Origin: Alkalispirochaeta sp. | Lineage (GTDB): Bacteria; Spirochaetota; Spirochaetia; DSM-27196; Alkalispirochaetaceae | Length of the DNA: 35,099 bases | NCBI GenBank assembly: GCA_965242725.1 | Contig: CBDESZ010000032.1 | Coordinates: 1 to 35,099, forward strand | Reading direction: 5' to 3' | Part shown: piece by piece, positions 26,230 through 34,800 of the stretch | How the letters are laid out: every line of letters starts with the position of its first letter | How positions within the stretch are numbered: the first letter of the stretch is position 1 | Notes under the pieces: generated by a model | Database searches by the model: none | Told to the model about the DNA's origin: nothing | What the model saw: only the letters and a program-made list of their open reading frames with translations | Position numbers and translations under genes: made by a program

Positions 26230-28245
26230 ATGAAGTCGTCTATGCCTATAGATAAAAGGCCACCACAGAACTCACCGGTTTTTAACTTCCCCCATGACGA
26301 CGACCAGATAGATTCTCCCCTCCTCATCGTCTCTTCCACAGGAGTTGTCCGGTACGCAAACGATGCGAGCTGGATCGTTCTCTCCGCGTGGAACAGCGCC
26401 GTCGGGTCGATGATTCCCGAGCGGTGGCGTCAGACGGTACGCAGCGCCTGCGAGACGGGGGCAACCCAGAACGCCGTGCTGACCATCGGCGTCATTTCAA
26501 TCGATCTCTTCTTTGTCCCCCAGTGTTCAAAAAAGTCGGTCCTCGTCGTCGGATCGGAGACGACGGCGGAGCGGGAGTCCGAGCGGGAGAAGCTCATCCA
26601 CGCGACGATTTACATGCAGTCCAGGGAGGCGATCATCGTTCTGGACGATGAGTTCCGCACGATTGATCTCAATCCGGCATACACCCAGGTGACGGGCGTC
26701 ACCGAGGAGGAGGCGCTTGGAGAGCTGCCCCTCTTCATACGGCAGGCGCAACGGGACGCCGGCCTCCATCACGAGGTGATCACGGCACTTGCGGAAACGG
26801 GGTCGTGGCAGGGGGAGGTTGTCGTCGACACCGATTCCGGGGAGGAACAGGTCATTCACGCGTCCCTGTCGGCTATCCGTCTTCACGGCGAGGAGATCAC
26901 CCACTATCTCGGCCTGATCAGCGATATCACCTACCGGCGCAAGGCGGAGAAGGCGTTACAGAAGATGGCCCACTTTGACGCCCTGACGGGTCTGCCCAAC
27001 AGGTATCTCTTTACCGACCGACTGCAGACGGCGCTTGACGATTGCCGCCACGGCGGAGACCGTCTGGCGCTGATGATCGTTGACCTCGACGGCTTCAAGT
27101 CCATAAACGATACCTTTGGACATCGCGCGGGGGATACGCTGCTCCAGAAAGTCGGCGGTGCAATGGCCGACGCCGTCCGTACCAGTGATACCGTGGCGCG
27201 CCTGGGGGGAGACGAGTTTGCCGTTATCGCCAGGGATATCAAGTCCGAACACGATATAACCATCGTGGCACAGAAACTCAGGAACTCGATTTCAAAGGCC
27301 GTCCGCATCGACGGGTATGAGATGTACGTAACCGGAAGTATCGGCATCGCAATCTTTCCCGAGGACGGTACGGAGCCGGAAATACTCTTCCGCCGCGCCG
27401 ATACGGCGATGTACCGGGTCAAGACGGCGGGGAAGAACGACTTTGCCCACGCCAAGGCGGACCGTCAGGAGACGATAGCCCGGAATCTCAAGCTCCAGAC
27501 AAATCTCAGACACGCCCTGACGCGGGATACAATAGGCGTCGTCTATCAGCCGCAGCTCTCCACCAGCACGGGACAGCTTGTCGGTGTGGAAGTTCTCGCC
27601 CGCTGGTCGGTACCGGACATCGGACAGGTGTCGCCCCTCGATTTTGTCGCCATCGCGGAAAAGCACGGTCTGATCCACCAGCTTGGAGAACGTGTGCTCT
27701 ATCGGGCGTGTGAACAGGGGCTGCGATGGATAGAGGAGTACCATCGGGAGATTCCGATGAGCGTCAATATTTCTGCGCGACAGCTGGGACACCCCCAGTT
27801 TATACCTTCACTGTATCGTATTCTCAACGAGACCGGCTTCCCTCCGGCGCTGCTGGAGCTGGAAATAACGGAGTCGGTCTTTATTGAAAATCCCGAGGAG
27901 ACGGTGGATACCCTGCAGGAGCTCGTTTCCCGGGGTGTCAGCTTCTGCATCGACGATTTCGGCACTCAGTACGCGTCGCTCATGTACATAAAGAACTTCC
28001 CGGTAGGGACGATTAAAATAGACCAGACCTTTATCAAGGATATTCCCGACGACGAGAGCGGGACGCGCATCGTTGCGGCAATTGTCGCCATGGCGTCCAG
28101 TCTTCATTGCCGGATTATCGCGGAAGGCGTGGAATCGGCGCGGCAGTTTGACTATCTCAAGAATGCCGGGTGTCACATTGTTCAGGGATACTATTGCGGT
28201 ATGCCCATGGAGGCTCAACAAATTGCGAAACAATTCCTACAATAA
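26230..28245 (+). CDS. PAS-GGDEF-EAL diguanylate cyclase/phosphodiesterase
   Basis: PAS (NPAYTQVTG...WQGEV), DALTGLPNR, RTSD I-site, GGDEF, EVLARW, ELEITES, DDFGT, KID, EGVE, QGY. Confidence 0.93.
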   Translation: MKSSMPIDKRPPQNSPVFNFPHDDDQIDSPLLIVSSTGVVRYANDASWIVLSAWNSAVGSMIPERWRQTVRSACETGATQNAVLTIGVISIDLFFVPQCSKKSVLVVGSETTAERESEREKLIHATIYMQSREAIIVLDDEFRTIDLNPAYTQVTGVTEEEALGELPLFIRQAQRDAGLHHEVITALAETGSWQGEVVVDTDSGEEQVIHASLSAIRLHGEEITHYLGLISDITYRRKAEKALQKMAHFDALTGLPNRYLFTDRLQTALDDCRHGGDRLALMIVDLDGFKSINDTFGHRAGDTLLQKVGGAMADAVRTSDTVARLGGDEFAVIARDIKSEHDITIVAQKLRNSISKAVRIDGYEMYVTGSIGIAIFPEDGTEPEILFRRADTAMYRVKTAGKNDFAHAKADRQETIARNLKLQTNLRHALTRDTIGVVYQPQLSTSTGQLVGVEVLARWSVPDIGQVSPLDFVAIAEKHGLIHQLGERVLYRACEQGLRWIEEYHREIPMSVNISARQLGHPQFIPSLYRILNETGFPPALLELEITESVFIENPEETVDTLQELVSRGVSFCIDDFGTQYASLMYIKNFPVGTIKIDQTFIKDIPDDESGTRIVAAIVAMASSLHCRIIAEGVESARQFDYLKNAGCHIVQGYYCGMPMEAQQIAKQFLQ

Positions 28246-28315
28246 TACAATTTGTGCCGTCGCGGCCGTGCAACGGGAAGGGCATCTATGTTAATATGGG
28301 CGTGTAGCGTATATC

Positions 28316-28807
28316 ATGTATAACGAATTTAACCTAGAAGTAAAGCCAATATGGTCGGAAGTGGAGCGGGTTATTCTCGCGACGCGGGACTATTTGACGG
28401 AATGCGGTTTTCCGGAGAACAGCGTCGATACCTACACCATGGTGGCCTGTGAATTGGTGGAAAACGGGATTAAGTACGGCCAGTACGAATCCCCCGAAGA
28501 TGGGTACGTGGACGTCACCATCGACATCTCTGATGCGGTGATTACCGTACAGGTTCAAAATCGTCTCAAAGAAGAAAACACGTATCATTTGCGTCAGCTC
28601 GACAAGACGCTCCAATGGATTAGAGGTTTTCAGGATCCCTTTCAGGCGTATGTTGAACGACTCAAGCAGATCTCCCGGGAAAGTTCAGATCAGAACAAAA
28701 GCGGCCTCGGTATCGTCCGTATCGCCTACGAGGCAAAGGCTACGATCGACTTTATCGTCGGAGAAGATGAAACGTTGCAAGTTGTTGCGGTGTCGCACAT
28801 CAACTGA
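28316..28807 (+). CDS. SiaB/RsbW-like HATPase Ser/Thr kinase
   Basis: N-box ELVENGIKYG, G-box KSGLGIVRIAYE, helical insert (QAYVERLKQ) before the G-box as in SiaB-type kinases; no HisKA domain. Confidence 0.7.
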   Translation: MYNEFNLEVKPIWSEVERVILATRDYLTECGFPENSVDTYTMVACELVENGIKYGQYESPEDGYVDVTIDISDAVITVQVQNRLKEENTYHLRQLDKTLQWIRGFQDPFQAYVERLKQISRESSDQNKSGLGIVRIAYEAKATIDFIVGEDETLQVVAVSHIN

Positions 28808-28820
28808 GAAGGAGTAAGCG

Positions 28821-29195
28821 ATGGAAAAGTTTCAGGGAATTCAGGAAGGACCCCTGTCAATTGCACGTGAAGACGCCGGTAAGGAAATACGACTCATCTT
28901 TTCCGGTAAGAGTATTCTCAGAAGTCCCGCAGAGTTCCTGCAACCGATTCTCCTTCAGGTGCTTGGAGAAGCGACGCTCAACGAGAAACGTCTCGTATTG
29001 GACTTCAGACAGCTGACCTATATGAACTCATCCACCTTTACCCCCCTGGTAAAGACACTGGAGCGGGCGCGGATGGGAACGACCCAATTGACGGTCCTCT
29101 ACAACGCCGAAGCCAAATGGCAGGCCGTGTCGTTTCACGCCTTGACGATTTTTGCAACAAGCGACGATCGTGTAAAAATATCCGGCAGTAACTAG
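28821..29195 (+). CDS. SiaC-like (DUF1987/STAS-like) phospho-acceptor
   Basis: FSGKSILRSPAEFLQPIL and LDFRQLTYMNSSTF align by eye with SiaC G.S.PEN...F and LDL.L.YLNTSS; SD AAGGAG. Confidence 0.7.
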   Translation: MEKFQGIQEGPLSIAREDAGKEIRLIFSGKSILRSPAEFLQPILLQVLGEATLNEKRLVLDFRQLTYMNSSTFTPLVKTLERARMGTTQLTVLYNAEAKWQAVSFHALTIFATSDDRVKISGSN

Positions 29196-29199
29196 CACT

Positions 29200-30621
29200 A
29201 TGGCAGGATTCGATACCATTTTACACGGACACCTTGGCCTCGACGAGAGGCAGATTCCCGTGGTTATTCGGTTTGCGTCGCGGTTTTCGCTCTGGATTCA
29301 ACAGAACAACGACGGAACCAACGGGAACGGTCACCTGGACCCGGAAATCGAAAAGTTTGATTTTCTCACCATTGAAGTAAACGGAAAGTCGATCCAGACG
29401 GGGCCGTGTCTGGCGATCGAATCACGGTCAATCCCGGACCGCCAAATACGAATCACCCCGACTCGCTCCATTTACGATTTTGAGAAGCTCTTTTCCGGCT
29501 CCCGTATCATCACGGTGGATTCCGCTCTTGTGGACCTACCCCTGGTCCTCACCTACAAGGAAGACATCAAGGACGAGTTTGTCCGCTTTGTCGCGGAGCT
29601 TACCTATGACCTGAGTACCTACAAGTCGACCTTTGACGAAATAGAACGGGAGCTCTCGGGGGAACCGGTAAAAGTCGCCGCCGTCGTACGCAGCGGCGTT
29701 CTCGAGTCGATGAGCGACTCCCTCCTGGATTATCTTGAAGAACGATACGAGCAGTTGAAGACGCTGACCCGTGACTACACACAGGAAGAACATGAACACC
29801 ACGGCTTCTATTTCAGAAAGCAGCTGTGGAACGTCATTCTCAGCGCGCCGATCATGACCCGGACCAACCTGAAGCCCCGCGGGTATATCGGTGATTCCGA
29901 GATGATGCAAATGATCTATCGCAATGACTTTGAGGGAACGACCATATTCGGACAGATCGTCCATAAACACGCAATCGGACAACCCGCCGCCGATGCGGTA
30001 CGCAACCGGCGCCACGATCTCCCGAAAGTGCTGCGTGAATTTGCGACGGCGTGGAAACGGACAAATCGCCGGGAGGACCGTCTCGCCGTCCTGTCCGTTG
30101 CATGCGGACCGGCCATGGAACTGGACGAGGTGTTCAAAGAGAAGGAAGACGTGGATCTCTTCTCCTTTTCCCTTCTTGACCAGGACAACCACGCCCTTCA
30201 GGAGGCGGCAAACGTCATTGAAGGGGTGGAGCGCCGCCACGGCAACAAGGTTTCGGTAAACTATATACGGGATTCCGTCCGGACAATGCTCTTCACCAAG
30301 GAGCTGAAGGCCAAGTGGGGGCAGTTTCATTTCATATATTCCATGGGTCTTTTTGATTATTTGAGCCGTCCCGTTGCGTCTGCTGTCATAAAAAAGCTAT
30401 ATAATCTATTATTACCCGGTGGTGAGATGATTATAGGAAACTTTTTCGTAGAAAATCCGACAATGATATATATGGCGTACTGGATGGACTGGACAATACT
30501 GTACCGAACCGAAGAAGACATGCTCGCCCTCGCCGAGGACCTTGAAGGAGCGACGGCGTCGATTGAGCGAGACGCGACGGGCATTCAACTATTTCTCAAA
30601 ATCAGGAAGGCCGCAGGGTAA
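29200..30621 (+). CDS. Class I SAM-dependent methyltransferase, PhcB-like (3-hydroxy fatty acid methyl ester synthase-like)
   Basis: KPRGYIGDSEM, AVRNRR, SAM motif VLSVACGPAME, LLDQD, FIYSMGLFDYL, LLPGGEMIIGNF, DWTILYR. The methyltransferase call is firm; PhcB likeness comes from recalled family motifs. Confidence 0.75.
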   Translation: MAGFDTILHGHLGLDERQIPVVIRFASRFSLWIQQNNDGTNGNGHLDPEIEKFDFLTIEVNGKSIQTGPCLAIESRSIPDRQIRITPTRSIYDFEKLFSGSRIITVDSALVDLPLVLTYKEDIKDEFVRFVAELTYDLSTYKSTFDEIERELSGEPVKVAAVVRSGVLESMSDSLLDYLEERYEQLKTLTRDYTQEEHEHHGFYFRKQLWNVILSAPIMTRTNLKPRGYIGDSEMMQMIYRNDFEGTTIFGQIVHKHAIGQPAADAVRNRRHDLPKVLREFATAWKRTNRREDRLAVLSVACGPAMELDEVFKEKEDVDLFSFSLLDQDNHALQEAANVIEGVERRHGNKVSVNYIRDSVRTMLFTKELKAKWGQFHFIYSMGLFDYLSRPVASAVIKKLYNLLLPGGEMIIGNFFVENPTMIYMAYWMDWTILYRTEEDMLALAEDLEGATASIERDATGIQLFLKIRKAAG

Positions 30622-32018
30622 TGGGTGAGAATCCGTCGCGCAGCATCGCTCTCCCCAATTTCGTACGCCAGCGACAGGTAGAGCACGAGATTTCCACCGA
30701 CGCCATAGACCGTAACGACTTTACCGGATACCAGCAGACGATCATTCACTCCTGGTTAAGGACCATTACGGCCCTTACCTTCGTGCTGGTTCCGATGTTC
30801 TTTGTGCTGGACATCTTTGTAACGCCGCCGGAACTTCTCATACGATTTGCAATATACCGAACCATTTCCACCGCTCTGGCGCTGATACAGCACTTCATCG
30901 TCAGATACACGAAACCGAGCAAGTTTTCATTCCTTCACGGGTATTTCGTCTCGTTTCAGGCCGGAGGTTTCATCGCGCTGATGACCGTCTTTCTGGGCGG
31001 TTTTTCATCGGGCTACTACGCCGGTCTCATCATGGTCATTATCGGCGCCAACCTGCTCATGCCGTGGCACGCCGCCCATACCGCGGCCAACGCGACGATC
31101 ATCGTCGCCATGTACACGGGACTCAACATTTTCAACGGCGGTATCGGAGCGGGCATCGCCGCCGCGAACAACCTCTTTTTCCTCATCGGTGTTTCCGTCA
31201 TTTCCGTCGCCATTAACCACGTCCGGTATCGCCTCATTCAGAGCGAGTTCTCCCTCCTGGTACAGCTGAAACAGGCACGGGACGCCCTCTGGAGTGAAAT
31301 GGAGCTGGCAAAGCAGGTACAGGTCGCACTCCTTCCCCGGCGCCTTGATATGTCCGGCTACGATGTGGCCGTATCATATGAGCCGGCACTGGAGGTCGGT
31401 GGTGACTACTACGACGTCATCGAGACGGGAAACGGCGTGCGTTTTGTCACCATTGGAGACGTGGCGGGACACGGACTTGACTCGGGTCTCATCATGATGA
31501 TGGCACAGACCGCCGTGATGTCCGTGATCAAGGGCGACGACCATTCAATGCCGACGGATGTACTGGCAACGGTCAATACGGTCCTGCGGGAAAATGTGGG
31601 ACGTCTCGGGTCCAACCACTACATGACCATGAGCGTCCTGCGTCTTGAAAATGACCGCGTCATCGTTGCCGGGCACCATCAGGACATCCTCGTCTATCGG
31701 CAGCGCCATCAGAAGACGGAGACCATATCCGTATCGGGCAGTTGGCTGGGTATTGCCGACAACATCCGTGATTTTACAACCGACCACGAGATCCCCATCG
31801 CCCCCGGTGACGGAATCCTTCTCTTTTCCGACGGTGTCACCGAGGCGATGTCACCAAACGGTCAGATGTATGGACAGGAGCGCCTGACGTCCCTCTTTTC
31901 CCGTGTCTCCGACCGGGCGCCGTCAGACGCCGTTGAGGCAATCCGTCTCGACGTGGATCGGTTTCAACTGGAAATGTCCGACGACGTCACCATTATTTTC
32001 CTGAAGAGAAACACCTGA
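30621..32018 (+). CDS. Membrane-bound PP2C/SpoIIE (SiaA/RsbU-like) phosphatase with ~6-TM sensor
   Basis: About 6 TM segments, coiled coil EMELAKQVQVALLP, VGGDYYD, GDVAGHG, FSDGVTEA, DDVT; TAATG coupling. Confidence 0.9.
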   Translation: MGENPSRSIALPNFVRQRQVEHEISTDAIDRNDFTGYQQTIIHSWLRTITALTFVLVPMFFVLDIFVTPPELLIRFAIYRTISTALALIQHFIVRYTKPSKFSFLHGYFVSFQAGGFIALMTVFLGGFSSGYYAGLIMVIIGANLLMPWHAAHTAANATIIVAMYTGLNIFNGGIGAGIAAANNLFFLIGVSVISVAINHVRYRLIQSEFSLLVQLKQARDALWSEMELAKQVQVALLPRRLDMSGYDVAVSYEPALEVGGDYYDVIETGNGVRFVTIGDVAGHGLDSGLIMMMAQTAVMSVIKGDDHSMPTDVLATVNTVLRENVGRLGSNHYMTMSVLRLENDRVIVAGHHQDILVYRQRHQKTETISVSGSWLGIADNIRDFTTDHEIPIAPGDGILLFSDGVTEAMSPNGQMYGQERLTSLFSRVSDRAPSDAVEAIRLDVDRFQLEMSDDVTIIFLKRNT

Positions 32019-32027
32019 CGCCGCATC

Positions 32028-33575
32028 TCACGACTGCGACCGTTTTTCCGCGTACATCTTGGTATCGGCAATTCGCAGCAGCTCATCACGGTCGGTACTG
32101 TCCTGCGGAAACACTGATACACCGAAACTCGCGCCTATCGTGATTGACTCGACACGACCGTCGAGTTCCAGGGTCATCGGTATGGTCAGTGTCCGGCGAA
32201 TCTTTTCTCCGATCACCATGAGGTCTCCCGGCTCATTGAGGTGTCCGCAGAGAACGACAAACTCATCCCCTCCGATCCGCGCGACCGTATCGGAATCGCG
32301 GATAGTCGAGTTAATGCGCTGTGCCGAGTTCCGGAGCACCGTATCTCCAGCCTGATGGCCGTAGGTATCGTTTACCTCCTTGAACCCGTTGAGATCGAAA
32401 TAGATCAACCCGCAGGAGCGACCATCCCGCACCGCTCCCTGGATCATCACATCGAAACGGTCGAAAAAGAGCTTTCTGTTGGGCATCCCGGTGAGGTCGT
32501 CGTACAGTGCAAGGCGTTCCAGCTCAAGCTCGGCCCGTTTTCTCCGCGCCACATCGTGGGCGACAAGGACCGTTCCGACCGTACGGCCGTAGGTATCCTT
32601 CAACACCGACGCGGAAATCGCGAGTATGACGTCCCGTCCGTCGGGGAGCGTCCACGTTCGTTCAACGTCCCGAAAGGGAATGTTTTCAGGTGCGAGCAGC
32701 GACGCCGAGACGTCAAGATGATTCAGCGCTTCGTCGAGAGTTCGATTGACCAGATCGGGGGAGCGCCGGCCAAGGACGCGGTGAGCCGGCTCATTGGCGA
32801 TTCTGATGACCTTCCTGCGGTCGACAACCAGGACGGCGCTCGCCAGGGTCTCGAGAATGGATGAGGCGGCAAGATCGGGGGTGACGTCGACCAGACGATA
32901 CCGAATGATCGCCACCCCCGTTACGGAGGCAAAGAGCGTGACCGGTATGTACCCGATGGGGTATACGGGAAGTCCGAGGGCGGGAAGGACATCGATGATC
33001 GTCGTTGCACCGATGATGATTGCTGCGATCTGCCATCCGAGGCGGCGGCGGTCGAGCCGGTACTCCTGTTGCCGGTATTCTCCGATATACCGGACAAGGA
33101 CGACCGCCATGATCACACCGAATACGGAGAGAAAAAGAACTCCCGTGATACCGTACTCCGAAAACCACCCCCACGGTACGGGGATGATGTCTACGAGAAT
33201 CAGGTCGGTAAACCACACGAGAAGTACGTGAACGACGGCGACGGCGAAGATGAGTCGTTTCTGTATGACCGTTCGGGAAGAACAGCCGAGGATCTCCATT
33301 GCGGTACCGAAAAAGGCGAGGGGCATGAAGGCAACGCCGATATGGCCGACGCGATCCCAGAAAAGTGCAAGCTCCGGTGTGGTGACGGCGTAGGAAACTC
33401 CGACACCAAGGGTGTATACGCCCACGGTCACCGCAAAGAAGAGATGCCACCACCCGATACGTGACCATTGCACCCGGACCGTGACATAGAGTCCGAATAT
33501 AAGTGTCCAGAGTCCCGCAATGACGACGGGTGTAGAGTACACGCTAAACGCAACGACGGCGGGATTAAAAAGCAT
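32028..33575 (-). CDS. 7TM (HisKA_7TM-like)-PAS-GGDEF diguanylate cyclase
   Basis: About 7 TMs ending AIIRYRLVD, PAS (VLVVD...ANEPA), DDLTGMPNR, RDSD I-site, GGDEF; no EAL. Confidence 0.9.
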   Translation of the reverse strand: MLFNPAVVAFSVYSTPVVIAGLWTLIFGLYVTVRVQWSRIGWWHLFFAVTVGVYTLGVGVSYAVTTPELALFWDRVGHIGVAFMPLAFFGTAMEILGCSSRTVIQKRLIFAVAVVHVLLVWFTDLILVDIIPVPWGWFSEYGITGVLFLSVFGVIMAVVLVRYIGEYRQQEYRLDRRRLGWQIAAIIIGATTIIDVLPALGLPVYPIGYIPVTLFASVTGVAIIRYRLVDVTPDLAASSILETLASAVLVVDRRKVIRIANEPAHRVLGRRSPDLVNRTLDEALNHLDVSASLLAPENIPFRDVERTWTLPDGRDVILAISASVLKDTYGRTVGTVLVAHDVARRKRAELELERLALYDDLTGMPNRKLFFDRFDVMIQGAVRDGRSCGLIYFDLNGFKEVNDTYGHQAGDTVLRNSAQRINSTIRDSDTVARIGGDEFVVLCGHLNEPGDLMVIGEKIRRTLTIPMTLELDGRVESITIGASFGVSVFPQDSTDRDELLRIADTKMYAEKRSQS

Positions 33576-33621
33576 GTCTCTATGCAGTATAGAGTACCTT
33601 CAGGGAAAATAAAACGGCAGC

Positions 33622-33957
33622 TCAGCTCCCGGACGTTTCAAGTTCATACCCCGCCGCGAGCCATCCCGACTTCCCCTTGGAGTAGTAGTAGGTGTTCTCG
33701 TACCCGAGGGAGCGTAATTTTGCGGCGGCGATCCTTCCCGCACGACATGAGGCATTGTGGCAATAAGTGACAATGGTGTCGTCTTTTGTAAAAAGTCCCC
33801 GCGCCCTGCCCGCTATCGTCGCGAAGTGGACGTGAATTGCACCGGGAATGTGTCCCTTTTCATACTCCGCCGGCATCAGTACTTCCACTACGGTCGCTTC
33901 TCCGCGATCCACCAGTGACTTCAACGCCGGCGTGTCTATCACTTCAACTTCGCCCAT
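33622..33957 (-). CDS. Single-domain rhodanese-like protein
   Basis: EYEKGHIPGAIHV, YCHNASCRAG, LRSLGY, GKSGW; start may be 33957 or 33996. Confidence 0.88.
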   Translation of the reverse strand: MGEVEVIDTPALKSLVDRGEATVVEVLMPAEYEKGHIPGAIHVHFATIAGRARGLFTKDDTIVTYCHNASCRAGRIAAAKLRSLGYENTYYYSKGKSGWLAAGYELETSGS

Positions 33958-34005
33958 CTGTCCTGTCCGTCCTCGAGTACCGTACTCCCGTTCCATATTC
34001 GTCCG

Positions 34006-34800
34006 TCACCAGCCGCCGGAAGCCCCGCCGCCGCCGAAGCCGCCTCCGCCGCCGGAAAAGCCGCCAAATCCCCCGCCGGAAAAACCGCCGCCGAACCCGC
34101 CGCGATGTGTGTGGTGAGAATGGCCGCGGGACGCGTTACCGAGAAGGAATCCCCAGAAGAGGGCGCGTCCGAATCCCCCGCGCCGGCGCATGCGTCCAAA
34201 TGAACCGATACCGAAAATGAAAAAGAGGAGTATCAATTTTCCAAGCAGCTCACCTGCCGCGTTAAAGGCAGGATCTCCACCCCTCTCCGCGGAGGCGGAC
34301 GACGGAAGCGCCTCCTCATCACCGGCGGCGACAGACCCGATCACCCGTACCGCCTCAAGAACACCGCCGTCAAAATCACCGCGCTGAAACCGCGGTTGCA
34401 GTATCTCCCTGATGATGAGTCCGCTCTTTGCGTCGGTGAGTACGCCTTCAAGGCCGTACCCAACCTCTATACGGATCTTTTTCTCCGCCGCCGCGACGAG
34501 AAGGAGCACGCCGTTGTCCCGTTCTCCCGACCCGAGCTGCCACTCTTCCACCACCCGGATTGAAAACTCTTCAAGCGCCTCTCCCTCAAGTCCGGGAACG
34601 GTAAGTACTGCAATCTGCGCTCCCGAGGAGGACTCAACCGATTGAGAAAGTGCCGCAATTTCCCGTTCCGTCGACGAAGAGAGCATACCGGCGTTGTCCA
34701 CCACCCGACCCGTCAGGGACGGGACGTCGAGCGCACCGACGGTAGCCACGACAACGGCGGATACCACCATGAGAACGATAGTTTTTTTTACGCTTTTCAC
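34006..34800 (-). CDS. TPM-domain (YgcG-like) membrane protein with Gly-rich tail
   Basis: Signal peptide, VVDNAGML, QIAVLTV, DNGVLLLVA, RIEVGYGLEG.LTD, C-terminal GGGGGFGGGGASGGW. Confidence 0.93.
   Translation of the reverse strand: MKSVKKTIVLMVVSAVVVATVGALDVPSLTGRVVDNAGMLSSSTEREIAALSQSVESSSGAQIAVLTVPGLEGEALEEFSIRVVEEWQLGSGERDNGVLLLVAAAEKKIRIEVGYGLEGVLTDAKSGLIIREILQPRFQRGDFDGGVLEAVRVIGSVAAGDEEALPSSASAERGGDPAFNAAGELLGKLILLFFIFGIGSFGRMRRRGGFGRALFWGFLLGNASRGHSHHTHRGGFGGGFSGGGFGGFSGGGGGFGGGGASGGW

Noticed and set aside
29200..30621. DNA methyltransferase or defence system reading of the kinase-MTase-phosphatase operon
   Set aside because: No DPPY/NPPY or PC motif and no nuclease; the motifs fit a small-molecule class I methyltransferase.
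34006..34105. GC-rich CCG/GGC repeat tract
   Set aside because: It encodes the normal Gly-rich tail of TPM/YgcG proteins.
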